From NCBI GenBank assembly GCA_963675515.1, contig OY776328.1:1500001-1532000 (forward strand): a DNA stretch of 32,000 bases, in the 5' to 3' direction. The translations under genes were made by a program, and so were the position numbers. Within the stretch, counting starts at the first letter, position 1, and each line of letters starts with the position of its first letter. The DNA is from Coprobacillaceae bacterium. GTDB lineage: Bacteria > Bacillota_I > Bacilli_A > Erysipelotrichales > Coprobacillaceae. This document shows, piece after piece, positions 1-7,867 of the stretch. A model generated the notes under the pieces. That model did no database searches. It saw only the letters and a program-made list of their open reading frames with translations, and was not told where the DNA came from.

Positions 1-213
1 TGATAACGCAGTATCAGAATCAATGTACAAAATACTCAAAACAGAATTCGCATTCAATCGACAATTCCGCAGTATCGACGAATTGTCATTGGAACTGTAT
101 GATTATGTCAACTGGTTCAACAACAAAAGGAAGCATGGGAGCCTTAATTACAAAACACCCGTACAATACAGGTTGTCCTTATAAAAATTGTCTAAAAAAG
201 TGTTGACTTTCCA
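1..213 (+). mobile_element. 3' end of an IS3-family insertion sequence, truncated by the window edge. Covers the C-terminal 60 codons of the OrfB DDE transposase (2..184) plus ~30 nt of terminal sequence.
   Basis: Frame 2 reads DNAVSESMYKILKTEFAFNRQFRSIDELSLELYDYVNWFNNKRKHGSLNYKTPVQYRLSL*, which is a typical IS3/IS150-group transposase C-terminus. The next gene lacks its N-terminus from ~214 onward. The element end (...TGACTTTCCA at ~213) is inferred, not proven. Confidence 0.75.
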
Positions 214-774
214 ATGTTTGTATCTGCATTTCGAGATCTACATGCACTGGAAAGGATCTCAAAGAAATCGGACTTACAAAGTGCTATTAGAGGTTGTGGT
301 AGTATAACAAATATTGAAACATTTTGGGAAACGAACCTTAATAAATTTATCGCCGAATACACTGATTGTATTAAATACGTTCTTGATGCTAACACGGATG
401 AAGAACATGGGGGTACTCTCGGTGAAATCTCTTTAACCTATTATAAGTATAATCTTAGCAAAGATAATCCTGCCGAAATCATTTGCATAGATCAACCAGA
501 AGACAATATATCAAACAATCGAATAAATAATAAGTTAATGAAATATTTCAATATGTTAAGAAAAGATAAACAAATATTTATTGTTACTCATAATCCGTTG
601 TTAATTGTAAATTTGGATGTTGATAATGTTATTAGGGTCGATTTGAAAAATTCCAAATTATCATGTGTTTATGGTTGCCTAGAGGATGAGGTAAGTAAAA
701 CACTTGAATACGTTGCTGAAAAAATGGATGGTGGAAGAGAGTCAGTTGAAAGGAGATATAAACTATATGGATAA
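214..774 (+). pseudogene. 5'-truncated ABC/SMC/RecF-like ATPase. Only the C-terminal half remains: signature-like segment, Walker B, H-loop.
   Basis: Contains HGGTLGEISL (signature-like), IICIDQPEDNIS (Walker B/D-loop) and QIFIVTHNP (H-loop). There is no Walker A or N-terminal half. The frame is closed by a stop at 193-195 just inside the IS end, which fits truncation by the IS3 element. Confidence 0.6.
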
Positions 775-1078
775 AGAGATAATAATGCAATTGGATGAGA
801 CTGAGAAAATCCATATTCATTGCGAGGGGAGAAAAATAGATATCAATGATAATACTATTTCTGCACAGGAGATTTATGAGTTGTTAGATTATCAAAGTGG
901 TAATTCATATTCCATTACTACTGAAGTAATTGGGAAACGAGTTGATGTTTTCAACCCCATTAAGGTAATGTTCGATCAAATTGTTAGTGACATCAACAAG
1001 TTAAAAAATGTTTCTGATCAAGTTCAAGCCGACCTTGAAGAATTGGGTGAAGTTGATATTGAAATGCTCCAAGGGTAA
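767..1078 (+). CDS. Hypothetical small acidic protein (103 aa), translationally coupled to the upstream ATPase gene.
   Basis: ATG at 767 is preceded by AGGAG (~751-755) and overlaps the ATPase stop by 8 nt. I recognise no family. The upstream extension in the ORF track (704) lies inside the ATPase frame. Confidence 0.5.
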   Translation: MDKEIIMQLDETEKIHIHCEGRKIDINDNTISAQEIYELLDYQSGNSYSITTEVIGKRVDVFNPIKVMFDQIVSDINKLKNVSDQVQADLEELGEVDIEMLQG

Positions 1079-1272
1079 ATCGATAGTTAAGTCGCATGCT
1101 CAAGAACAAATATGCAACAAGGAAGTATATGATTTTATGACAGTTTTCTTCAAGTGATCTCAAGTTATTGATATGATATATTTTGAACCGTATTAGTTTA
1201 CATCAAACAATCATTTTCACTATCTGAGGCATCCTGTTACTAAATCTCCAGTAAAGGCTATGGTTAAAGAAA

Positions 1273-1989
1273 CTATCTCTTCTTGATGAAGTGCGCCTGG
1301 TAGCTGTTGGAGTCAAACATGACGATGGTCTTTTCCAGAGGAATCCCATCGGTTGAATAGGTGATGTGGGTCACTTCAACGATTGGGGTGTTGGCATCGA
1401 TATTGAGGTTTGCTTGGACTTTCTTGTCAGGCATAATGGCGTGGACTATCTGACGGCTATAGTCGATAACATATCCTTTTTTCTCTTCGATGTATTTGAT
1501 CTTTGAGTCCATCAGATCGACGATGGTGAAGTCAGGGAAGTATGCTATGGGCATATAGCCTTTTTCAAGGCAGTATGGGAAGTCATCACCATAAAGAACT
1601 CTTTCGTAATATAATACCATAGCATTGTCTTCAAGGGCTAATTCATCGATTAACGGTGGTTTAGCCTCTATTAGTTTGAACTCGATTATTTTGTTGCTGC
1701 TCTTCTTGTTCAACAGGCGCATTTCCTCGGAAAAGGAGATGATCTTCGATGACCGGTCGAGGATGGCATCCTTATGCGAATAGATTACGTGGGTACCACT
1801 ACCACGTATTTTTTTTACGTAATTTTTGGCAACCAGGATATCAATGGCCTGGCGGACAGTCACCCGGGATACATTGAAATATGATCCCAGTTTCGCTTCA
1901 GTTGGCAAAATGTCGCCTTTTTGATACTTTCCATTTTCGATGTCATTCATCAGTTTCTGGGCAATCGTTTTATACAAGGCTTCTTCCAT
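1273..1989 (-). CDS. GntR-family transcriptional regulator, HutC/UTRA subfamily.
   Basis: N-terminal winged HTH (LPTEAKLGSYFNVSRVTVRQAIDILVAKNYVKKIRGSGTHV) followed by a UTRA-like effector domain. It is divergent from the sulfatase/PTS operon. Confidence 0.9.
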   Translation of the reverse strand: MEEALYKTIAQKLMNDIENGKYQKGDILPTEAKLGSYFNVSRVTVRQAIDILVAKNYVKKIRGSGTHVIYSHKDAILDRSSKIISFSEEMRLLNKKSSNKIIEFKLIEAKPPLIDELALEDNAMVLYYERVLYGDDFPYCLEKGYMPIAYFPDFTIVDLMDSKIKYIEEKKGYVIDYSRQIVHAIMPDKKVQANLNIDANTPIVEVTHITYSTDGIPLEKTIVMFDSNSYQAHFIKKR

Positions 1990-2040
1990 TGTTGTTCTCC
2001 TTTGGTGTTGTTGATATCATTATACCAAATGTTTTAAAAA

Positions 2041-2074
2041 TTGACAGGTAAATTTGATATTTGTATTATTACAA
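2041..2074 (+). promoter_or_regulatory. Candidate sigma-A promoter of the sulfatase/PTS operon, with an overlapping GntR-type palindromic operator.
   Basis: TTGACA (2041-2046), a 17-nt spacer, then TATTAT (2064-2069). The near-palindrome TTGTATTATTACAA (2061-2074, 12/14 symmetric, TGT-N6-ACA core) overlaps the -10. Confidence 0.5.
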
Positions 2075-2166
2075 ATAAAGTTGTTATATCAAAAACTGCC
2101 GAGAGTATTGTTCGCGCTTACAGGTCATGCTATAGTTTTAGCGTAGTAACAAGGAGGAAATCTTTA

Positions 2167-3528
2167 ATGAACATCTTATATATCCACACCCATGACACTG
2201 GAAGGGTGATAAGCCCTTATGGCTATCAGGTGGCGACACCGAATTACCAAAGTCTTTGTGAGGATTCACTATTATTCCACAATGCCTTTTGTGCCGCTCC
2301 GACCTGTTCGCCCAGTCGAGCGGGGTTGTTAACGGGAATCTATCCCCATCAAAACGGGATGCTGGGATTGGCCCAACGCGGGTTCCATATCAAAAAAGAG
2401 TACCATCTGGCCAATTTGTTATCCAGACATAACTACCATACGGCCCTTTGCGGGGTGCAACATGAAATCGGCTATTATACCAACCATGAAATGGCGATAG
2501 GTACGTTAGGCTATGTCGAAGACCTAAGTACCGACAACAAGTCTTTCAAGGAAGAAGACCTGGTTATCTGGGATCGAAACAACGCAGCCAATCTGGCCAA
2601 ATGGTTTGGCGAGTATGATAGGAAAAAACCATTCTTTGTTTCCTATGGAATGCATGCGACCCATCGGAAATATCCGGAAACAATCCACGAAGATGAGAAT
2701 GTCGATTATTCCAAACCGCCATTGAACATCCCAAACAATGAAATCACCAGGGAAGACTACGCCAAGTATAAGACTAGCTTGCGAACGGCTGATGATAATG
2801 TCGGGACGATCATCGAAGCATTAAAGAAAAGCGGCCTCTATGAAAAGACGATCATCATCTTGACTACTGACCATGGACTGGCGCTGCCATTTGAAAAATG
2901 CACGCTTCATGACAGTGGGATCGGAGTTCTCTTTGCGATGAGGGTTCCAGGAAGCAAACAAACCCAAAACACCTTCGATGGCTTGATTTCCCATATCGAT
3001 GTCATCCCGACCTTATGTGATCTTCTGGGAATCGAAAAGCCAGATTATCTTGAAGGCCGAAGCTTCGCCCAATTATTCGATGGGGCGGAGTATCAGGGTG
3101 ACAAGGAAATCTTTGCGGAAATCAACTTCCACACATCGTACGAGCCGGTCAGGTGTGTCCGCACCGAGCGCTACAAGTACATCCGTTATTTCGATGAAAC
3201 TTATCTCAAAGTAAACCGGTCGAATGTTGACGATTCTAGCGTGAAGGAATTCTACGTGGAAAATGGTCTAAACGATGTAGCCAAGCCAAAAGAATGCCTT
3301 TACGACCTGTATTACGATGGCTATGAAACAAACAATGTCATCGCCAATCCCCAATACCATGATGTCGCAGCGAATTTGCGATTGGATTTAGAAAAATTCA
3401 TGGAAAGGACGGACGACCCGCTTCTTAACGGAGCAATTCCCGTGCAAAGCAGCTGGAAGGTCAATACCCAGGAATGTTATTCAGCCCGTTCGAAAGATCC
3501 TAAAGATTATGTAAACACAGAAAATTAA
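2167..3528 (+). CDS. Cys-type (formylglycine-dependent) sulfatase, apparently cytoplasmic.
   Basis: Has the sulfatase signature CAAPTCSPSRAGLLTG (C-x-P-x-R) and downstream TTDHG. ATG at 2167 sits behind AAGGAGGAAA. No signal peptide is present. The ORF-track start at 2041 runs through the promoter region. Confidence 0.9.
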   Translation: MNILYIHTHDTGRVISPYGYQVATPNYQSLCEDSLLFHNAFCAAPTCSPSRAGLLTGIYPHQNGMLGLAQRGFHIKKEYHLANLLSRHNYHTALCGVQHEIGYYTNHEMAIGTLGYVEDLSTDNKSFKEEDLVIWDRNNAANLAKWFGEYDRKKPFFVSYGMHATHRKYPETIHEDENVDYSKPPLNIPNNEITREDYAKYKTSLRTADDNVGTIIEALKKSGLYEKTIIILTTDHGLALPFEKCTLHDSGIGVLFAMRVPGSKQTQNTFDGLISHIDVIPTLCDLLGIEKPDYLEGRSFAQLFDGAEYQGDKEIFAEINFHTSYEPVRCVRTERYKYIRYFDETYLKVNRSNVDDSSVKEFYVENGLNDVAKPKECLYDLYYDGYETNNVIANPQYHDVAANLRLDLEKFMERTDDPLLNGAIPVQSSWKVNTQECYSARSKDPKDYVNTEN

Positions 3529-3539
3529 AGGAGAGGAAG

Positions 3540-4460
3540 ATGCAAGTAATTTTATTTGTCGGTCACGGTGATTTGCCCAAGGCGATGGTTTCGTCGGTCC
3601 AAATGATCATTGGCCCCAACCCCGATCTGTTCAACGTATGTCTATCCCCGGATGATGGCAAGGATGAATTTGCCGCCAAGCTAAAAGGGCTGGAAGACAA
3701 ACTGGAAAGCTATGAAAAGGTGATCGTGTTCTCGGATTTATTGGGCGGGTCTCCCAACAATGTAAGTTTCGAACAGTATTATCAAGATGACCGCTTCGAA
3801 ATCATTTCCGGAATGAGCCTGGCAATGGCCTTGACCGCCGCACTGTCAAGCAGCGATCCGATAACCATCATTAAAGAAGGGCGTCAGGGAATAATCAATG
3901 TCAAAGATCCCCAAGCAAATATTCAGGAGCAAAAAGACCCGTCAGCAGCCATGGCGAAAGTCAAACAGGGCCGGCCTTACAACATCAAGAATGTCCGGGT
4001 CGATTCAAGGGGCATTCACGGGCAGGTGGCGACCGCCTGGGTTCCGTATCTTGAAGTCGACAGGATTATCGTCATCGATGACAATGCCATCAAGGATGAG
4101 ACCCAAAAGATTGCCCTGAAGATGGCAAAACCCAACCACGTCAAGCTGTCAATCCTTTCGACATCTAAAGCGATTGAGCGTCTTGACAACAGCGATTCTT
4201 ACCTTGACGAGGACATCCTGGTTATCATCCAGCAGGTGAAGACCCTGCAAAGTTTGCATGACAAAGGCTATCGATTTAACGAAGTCAATCTGGGCAATAT
4301 CCCCAACCGTCCGGAAACAAAGGCTTACGGCAAGACTATCAACCTTAATGACGAAGAGGTTGCGACAATCAGAAATCTGATCCAGGCAGGGACCAGCTTC
4401 ACTGCCCAAATGGTTCCAAGCAATCAAAAAACTGATTTCAACGAAATCATCAAAGAATAG
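3540..4460 (+). CDS. PTS mannose/fructose/sorbose/GalNAc-family fused EIIA-EIIB component.
   Basis: N-terminal EIIA-Man motif (ILFVGHGDLPKAM), then a linker, then EIIB-Man/sorbose (VRVDSRGIHGQVATAWV). Confidence 0.9.
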   Translation: MQVILFVGHGDLPKAMVSSVQMIIGPNPDLFNVCLSPDDGKDEFAAKLKGLEDKLESYEKVIVFSDLLGGSPNNVSFEQYYQDDRFEIISGMSLAMALTAALSSSDPITIIKEGRQGIINVKDPQANIQEQKDPSAAMAKVKQGRPYNIKNVRVDSRGIHGQVATAWVPYLEVDRIIVIDDNAIKDETQKIALKMAKPNHVKLSILSTSKAIERLDNSDSYLDEDILVIIQQVKTLQSLHDKGYRFNEVNLGNIPNRPETKAYGKTINLNDEEVATIRNLIQAGTSFTAQMVPSNQKTDFNEIIKE

Positions 4461-4471
4461 AGGAGAGAACA

Positions 4472-5000
4472 ATGGAAATTTGGCAAGCATTATTAATCGG
4501 TTTATTTGCATACCTGGGCCGCAATCAGGTCCCATGGCTATTTGGAACAACCGGAGGCTGGTATGGCATCGGCCGTCCCTTGGTGGCCGGTCTGATCTGT
4601 GGCGTGATACTCGGTGATGTGACAACCGGGGTATTATGCGGGATTGCGGTACAGGCCATCTTTATCGGTCAGATCACTCCTGGTGGAGCGGTTCCTTCGG
4701 ACTTGAACCTGGCGGCGTATATCGGAATCCCATTGGCAATCGTAGCCGGTGGCAATCCGGAAACAGCGGTCGCTTTTGCGGTCCCATTGGGGGCATTGGG
4801 GGTGGCGTTGCATAACTTCACGATGACAACCCAGGCGACATTTGCCCACCGGGCCGATCACTGCGCTGACCGTGGTGATGCCATTGATTGTGGCACTTGG
4901 AAGTTACTTCCTGGTTGACAAGAAAAACTGGAGCACAAATAAACTGCTGCTAGGAATACTCGTATTTGCCGGGGCAATGGTTGCCTTAGGGATAATGTAA
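4472..5000 (+). pseudogene. Deletion-fusion pseudogene: PTS Man-family EIIC (first ~137 codons) joined out of frame to the last ~45 codons of EIID.
   Basis: The EIIC-like N-terminus runs up to ...TFAHRADHCADRGDA (compare ManY ...QHAADKAADNGN). The frame then ends at 4918. Frame 0 from ~4860 reads ALTVVMPLIVALGSYFLVDKKNWSTNKLLLGILVFAGAMVALGIM*, which looks like an EIID C-terminus. There is no intact EIIC C-terminal half and no EIID body. Confidence 0.7.
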
Positions 5001-5039
5001 TAGCACATATAACCAAATAACAAAGGGTGAGCCAAAATA

Positions 5040-5451
5040 GAGGTTCATCCTTTTCGCGGTGTCAAATCAACCGTGACCAGATCAAAGACATGCGGGTTAT
5101 GATGGGTATGGATTGTTATATTTTTTCCTCATACTCATGATACATTTCGGATAATCTAAATGGATGATAGATGGTATTGAAACATTTTTACGTCTATTGA
5201 CACATTCTCGCTATAATCCGCTAATAGATTTTCCAGTCTTGAGCAATTCTATGTGGATATACTCAAAATCAGGCATAACCAACAAGTAGGGATTCTTTTC
5301 AACAATTAATGGAAGGCTTTGATTTGGGTAATGTCAATGTTTTGAATATGAATCCAGGTCAACCCGGTTTTGTCAGCTGCTTTGCAAACCATGATGACGG
5401 TATTTCTTGATACATGCAGCGATGAAGCAGTGAATCGTAGACTTTTTACAT
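5040..5451 (-). pseudogene. Decayed N-terminal remnant of an IS21-family IstA transposase.
   Basis: The minus strand reads ...SLRFTASSLHVSRNTVIMVCKAADKTGLTW...ITQIKAFH*. In a shifted frame it continues (L)IVEKNPYLLVMPDFEYIHIELLKTGKSISGL*RE.., matching the IS21 IstA pattern (HTH ..SRNTV.., LFPEK.., PD.EYIH.EL.K.GVTL.LLW.EY). There are several frameshifts and stops. An SD (AAGGAGG, 5461-5467 complement) plus ATG at 5451 is followed at once by a frame break. The catalytic domain and istB are absent. Confidence 0.55.
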
Positions 5452-5621
5452 AAAAAAACACCTCCTTAGTAGTTACAATGCAGAACGACGTCTGCGCTTG
5501 AATTTTACTACCGAGGGGGTGATTCAGTGTGTGCAACTGTTGAATTATACACATGGCCCTAAGAGCTGGTCACATTGGTTCTAACCTTCAGACATAGTGG
5601 CCCCTAACTTTGGAATACTCA

Positions 5622-7091
5622 TTAGTTGCTAAGATCTTGTTGGATTACCGCAACCCTATTTTCTAAATATTGGATTATATCAATATTTCCGTCTACATAG
5701 TCGCTGTTATCCAGGCGTTCAACAAACGAAGAAATGGAAGATGCGATGCTGCTTTCATTAATTTTGAAAAATATTGCCTTTGAGTTTTCCCGGTTGTATA
5801 TTACACTGACATCGTTATCGCTAGATATGGAGATAATTAAATTCTTATTCAATTTCAGCTTTTTATCATCAATAATTTTTCCTTCGAATTTTTTATCCTG
5901 GAAATATTTGAGAAGATTTTTCAAAACCACAACCCTATCATTTTCACTGAGCGGCAAATATACGTCACTGTCAATCTCGTCAAAAGTACCTTCGTTGATG
6001 AACCTTTCAAGCCCCGATAGCGTGAATAATATCCTTGGAACATGGCCCTCGTCAATATATTTACGGTAACGCAATATCCGGTCGTTCATAATATTGATTA
6101 TCGCTTCCCGGTTTTCTATTTCCGATACCAGGTATTTCCTGATTATTGAATCAGTCAGAAACCATACCAGGCAAGGTTGGTCCATAAGATCGTAAGTGAC
6201 AAATTTGTTGTTCTTTTCCTTCTCATAATAGTATAAAATGAAGTCAAATGTATCCCGGAAACGGTTAATTAGTGGCTTAGTTGTCGCTTCCATTTTTTTG
6301 AAAAAATTATTGTGAACCTCAACTGCCTCGGGCTGGCTGTAGATCATGGCAACATCACCTTTATTAGATAATGTTATTGCATACTTTCCGACAATTATTA
6401 AATTTGGAAATTCAGTCATTTCACTGAATTTTGATGCTATGTCATCATAATATATAAGAAAGGTATAAGATTCACGATTAAGCAAAAACGGTACTATGTT
6501 ATGAATGCTATTTAGGTTATATGTGTTTGTCGAATTCGAACCAATGTTTTTTTCGAAACAAAGTATGTGATTCACTTTTACATTGGGATTGATTTTTTGG
6601 ATGTTGTAGAATAAATTCATAAATAATCTATTTTCAGTTTGCATTATCAGGTTGAGCTCGTTTACTTCGTTGCCTAATGCATCCTCGATAATTGATCGTA
6701 CTGTCCAAAAGACATTGTCTTTCCCTCTTATTGTGCAAAGCCCATCAATACCGTCGATTTCAAAGGAAGTTTTGATTTTAATTTGATTATTTGAATCTTC
6801 AATAGATTCAGTGAATCCTTCGATTAATTTTGTAACAGATTTATCGCGCAAATAAATGTTTTTGCCGTGCTTTGACATTTCATAAGACACCATTAGGTTT
6901 GACTTTTCTGACTCAGTCAGCATCATGGCATCAAGGATCCTTGTGGCTATTTTCCTATTGGCCGGTTTCCTGTCACCTTTGATTATTTTGTGCAATAAAG
7001 TACGTTCGATTCCACTGTCTCGGGACAATTTAGCGATATTAATATCGATGTCCTCGAGTTGTTCCCTTAAACTCCTCGCAAATTCATTCAT
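5622..7091 (-). CDS. XRE-type HTH protein (489 aa) with a ~420-aa C-terminal domain of unknown function. Putative transcriptional regulator.
   Basis: N-terminus is INIAKLSRDSGIERTLLHKIIKGDRKP (HTH_3-like). SD AGAGGGGA lies upstream of the ATG. The gene is very AT-rich. I do not recognise the C-terminal domain, and it is not obviously TPR. Confidence 0.8.
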   Translation of the reverse strand: MNEFARSLREQLEDIDINIAKLSRDSGIERTLLHKIIKGDRKPANRKIATRILDAMMLTESEKSNLMVSYEMSKHGKNIYLRDKSVTKLIEGFTESIEDSNNQIKIKTSFEIDGIDGLCTIRGKDNVFWTVRSIIEDALGNEVNELNLIMQTENRLFMNLFYNIQKINPNVKVNHILCFEKNIGSNSTNTYNLNSIHNIVPFLLNRESYTFLIYYDDIASKFSEMTEFPNLIIVGKYAITLSNKGDVAMIYSQPEAVEVHNNFFKKMEATTKPLINRFRDTFDFILYYYEKEKNNKFVTYDLMDQPCLVWFLTDSIIRKYLVSEIENREAIINIMNDRILRYRKYIDEGHVPRILFTLSGLERFINEGTFDEIDSDVYLPLSENDRVVVLKNLLKYFQDKKFEGKIIDDKKLKLNKNLIISISSDNDVSVIYNRENSKAIFFKINESSIASSISSFVERLDNSDYVDGNIDIIQYLENRVAVIQQDLSN

Positions 7092-7327
7092 GATAATTTC
7101 CCCTCTTTCTCATGGTAATACTCAATAATGTTGCATGCTCATAAGTGAAATCAGTAAAAATTGAATCGATCAACAATATTGGTTGAACAACTCAATATCC
7201 GGTTAAAATGATTTCCCCTCGAAATTTGATCTAAAACCGGTGGTGCTTAGTGTGATGACTTTAAAATATAATAAAATTGCCGGACATTAAGAATTTGTCA
7301 ACGGTTCGAAAATGCGCTGTTTAATTC

Positions 7328-7394
7328 TATCACTGCTGTGTCACTTTAGTAGTCACTCATGCAAGTGGATAGTAGCAACAAACAGTGATATCAT
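7328..7394 (+). promoter_or_regulatory. Three phased GTCAC-type boxes followed 27 nt later by TGATATCAT (set A). Possible third member of the box-promoter family.
   Basis: TATCACTG (7328), TGTCACTT (7339) and AGTCACTC (7351) have start-to-start spacings of 11 and 12 nt. TGATATCAT sits at 7386-7394. No convincing ORF lies downstream before 7868. Confidence 0.3.
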
Positions 7395-7789
7395 TTATCC
7401 AGGCATCATCACTAAATAAAAGATAAAAATCAATTCTACGAAAACCCTATGATAAACACTTAATGCCCGCCAGAAAGTATTACATTACAAATATCTACCA
7501 CGCATGAGTAAAGTCACAGCAAAAGCAATTAATTACACTTATTAACATAACAATATTATACTTCAGTGAGTGAATAATGGCAATTAAAGCCAGGGTACTT
7601 GCTTATTAAATTTCTCAATATTGAATTTCAGCTATCCACTACTCATTAAAAGCTTTGCATTTTATTCTAGACCTCCCTTGGGGGTTAAAACGGGAAGGAT
7701 CGTTTATTCGTATGCAATCATAATTTTTGCCTCATATTCATCATGTCGAATTTAAGAAAGCAGCCGTTCACAAAGTCACTTTCGTTTTC

Positions 7790-7841
7790 CTGTCACACAA
7801 ACAGTCACGCAGTTGACTGACAGTAAAAGCCAATGATAGAA
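7790..7841 (+). promoter_or_regulatory. Box-promoter of the amidase gene (set B): three 8-bp boxes plus an extended -10.
   Basis: TGTCACAC-aaac-AGTCACGC-agt-TGACTGAC-(12 nt)-TGATAGAAT. A -35-like TTGACT (7812-7817) overlaps box 3, with an 18-nt spacer to TAGAAT. The ATG lies 26 nt after the -10. Confidence 0.55.
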
Positions 7842-7867
7842 TGAAAAATGAGTAGGGGGAAAGACAA

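Noticed and set aside
2041-2166. N-terminal extensions given by the ORF track: sulfatase from 2041, RDD from 21389, EIIB from 22398, asparaginase from 24783, licT from 29616, EIIBC from 30508, IS3 orfA from 9111.
   Set aside because: In each case a downstream ATG (or GTG) has a strong, correctly spaced SD and matches the conserved family N-terminus. The extensions overlap promoters, terminators or the preceding gene.
7312-7419. 35-aa ORF (MRCLILSLLCHFSSHSCKWIVATNSDIIYPGIITK) in the long intergenic region. Considered as a possible signalling pro-peptide for the adjacent HTH protein (RRNPP-style).
   Set aside because: It has no recognisable SD and overlaps the set-A boxes, which account for its sequence. 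The regulator does not look like a TPR-type peptide receptor. It is worth a glance in Ribo-seq data but is not supported by the sequence alone.
7361-7650. Inverted 9-mer AGTGGATAG (7365-7373) / CTATCCACT (7633-7641) in the long intergenic region.
   Set aside because: A single 9-bp match ~270 nt apart in AT-rich DNA, with no extended complementarity. It is not enough to call a structure or a MITE.
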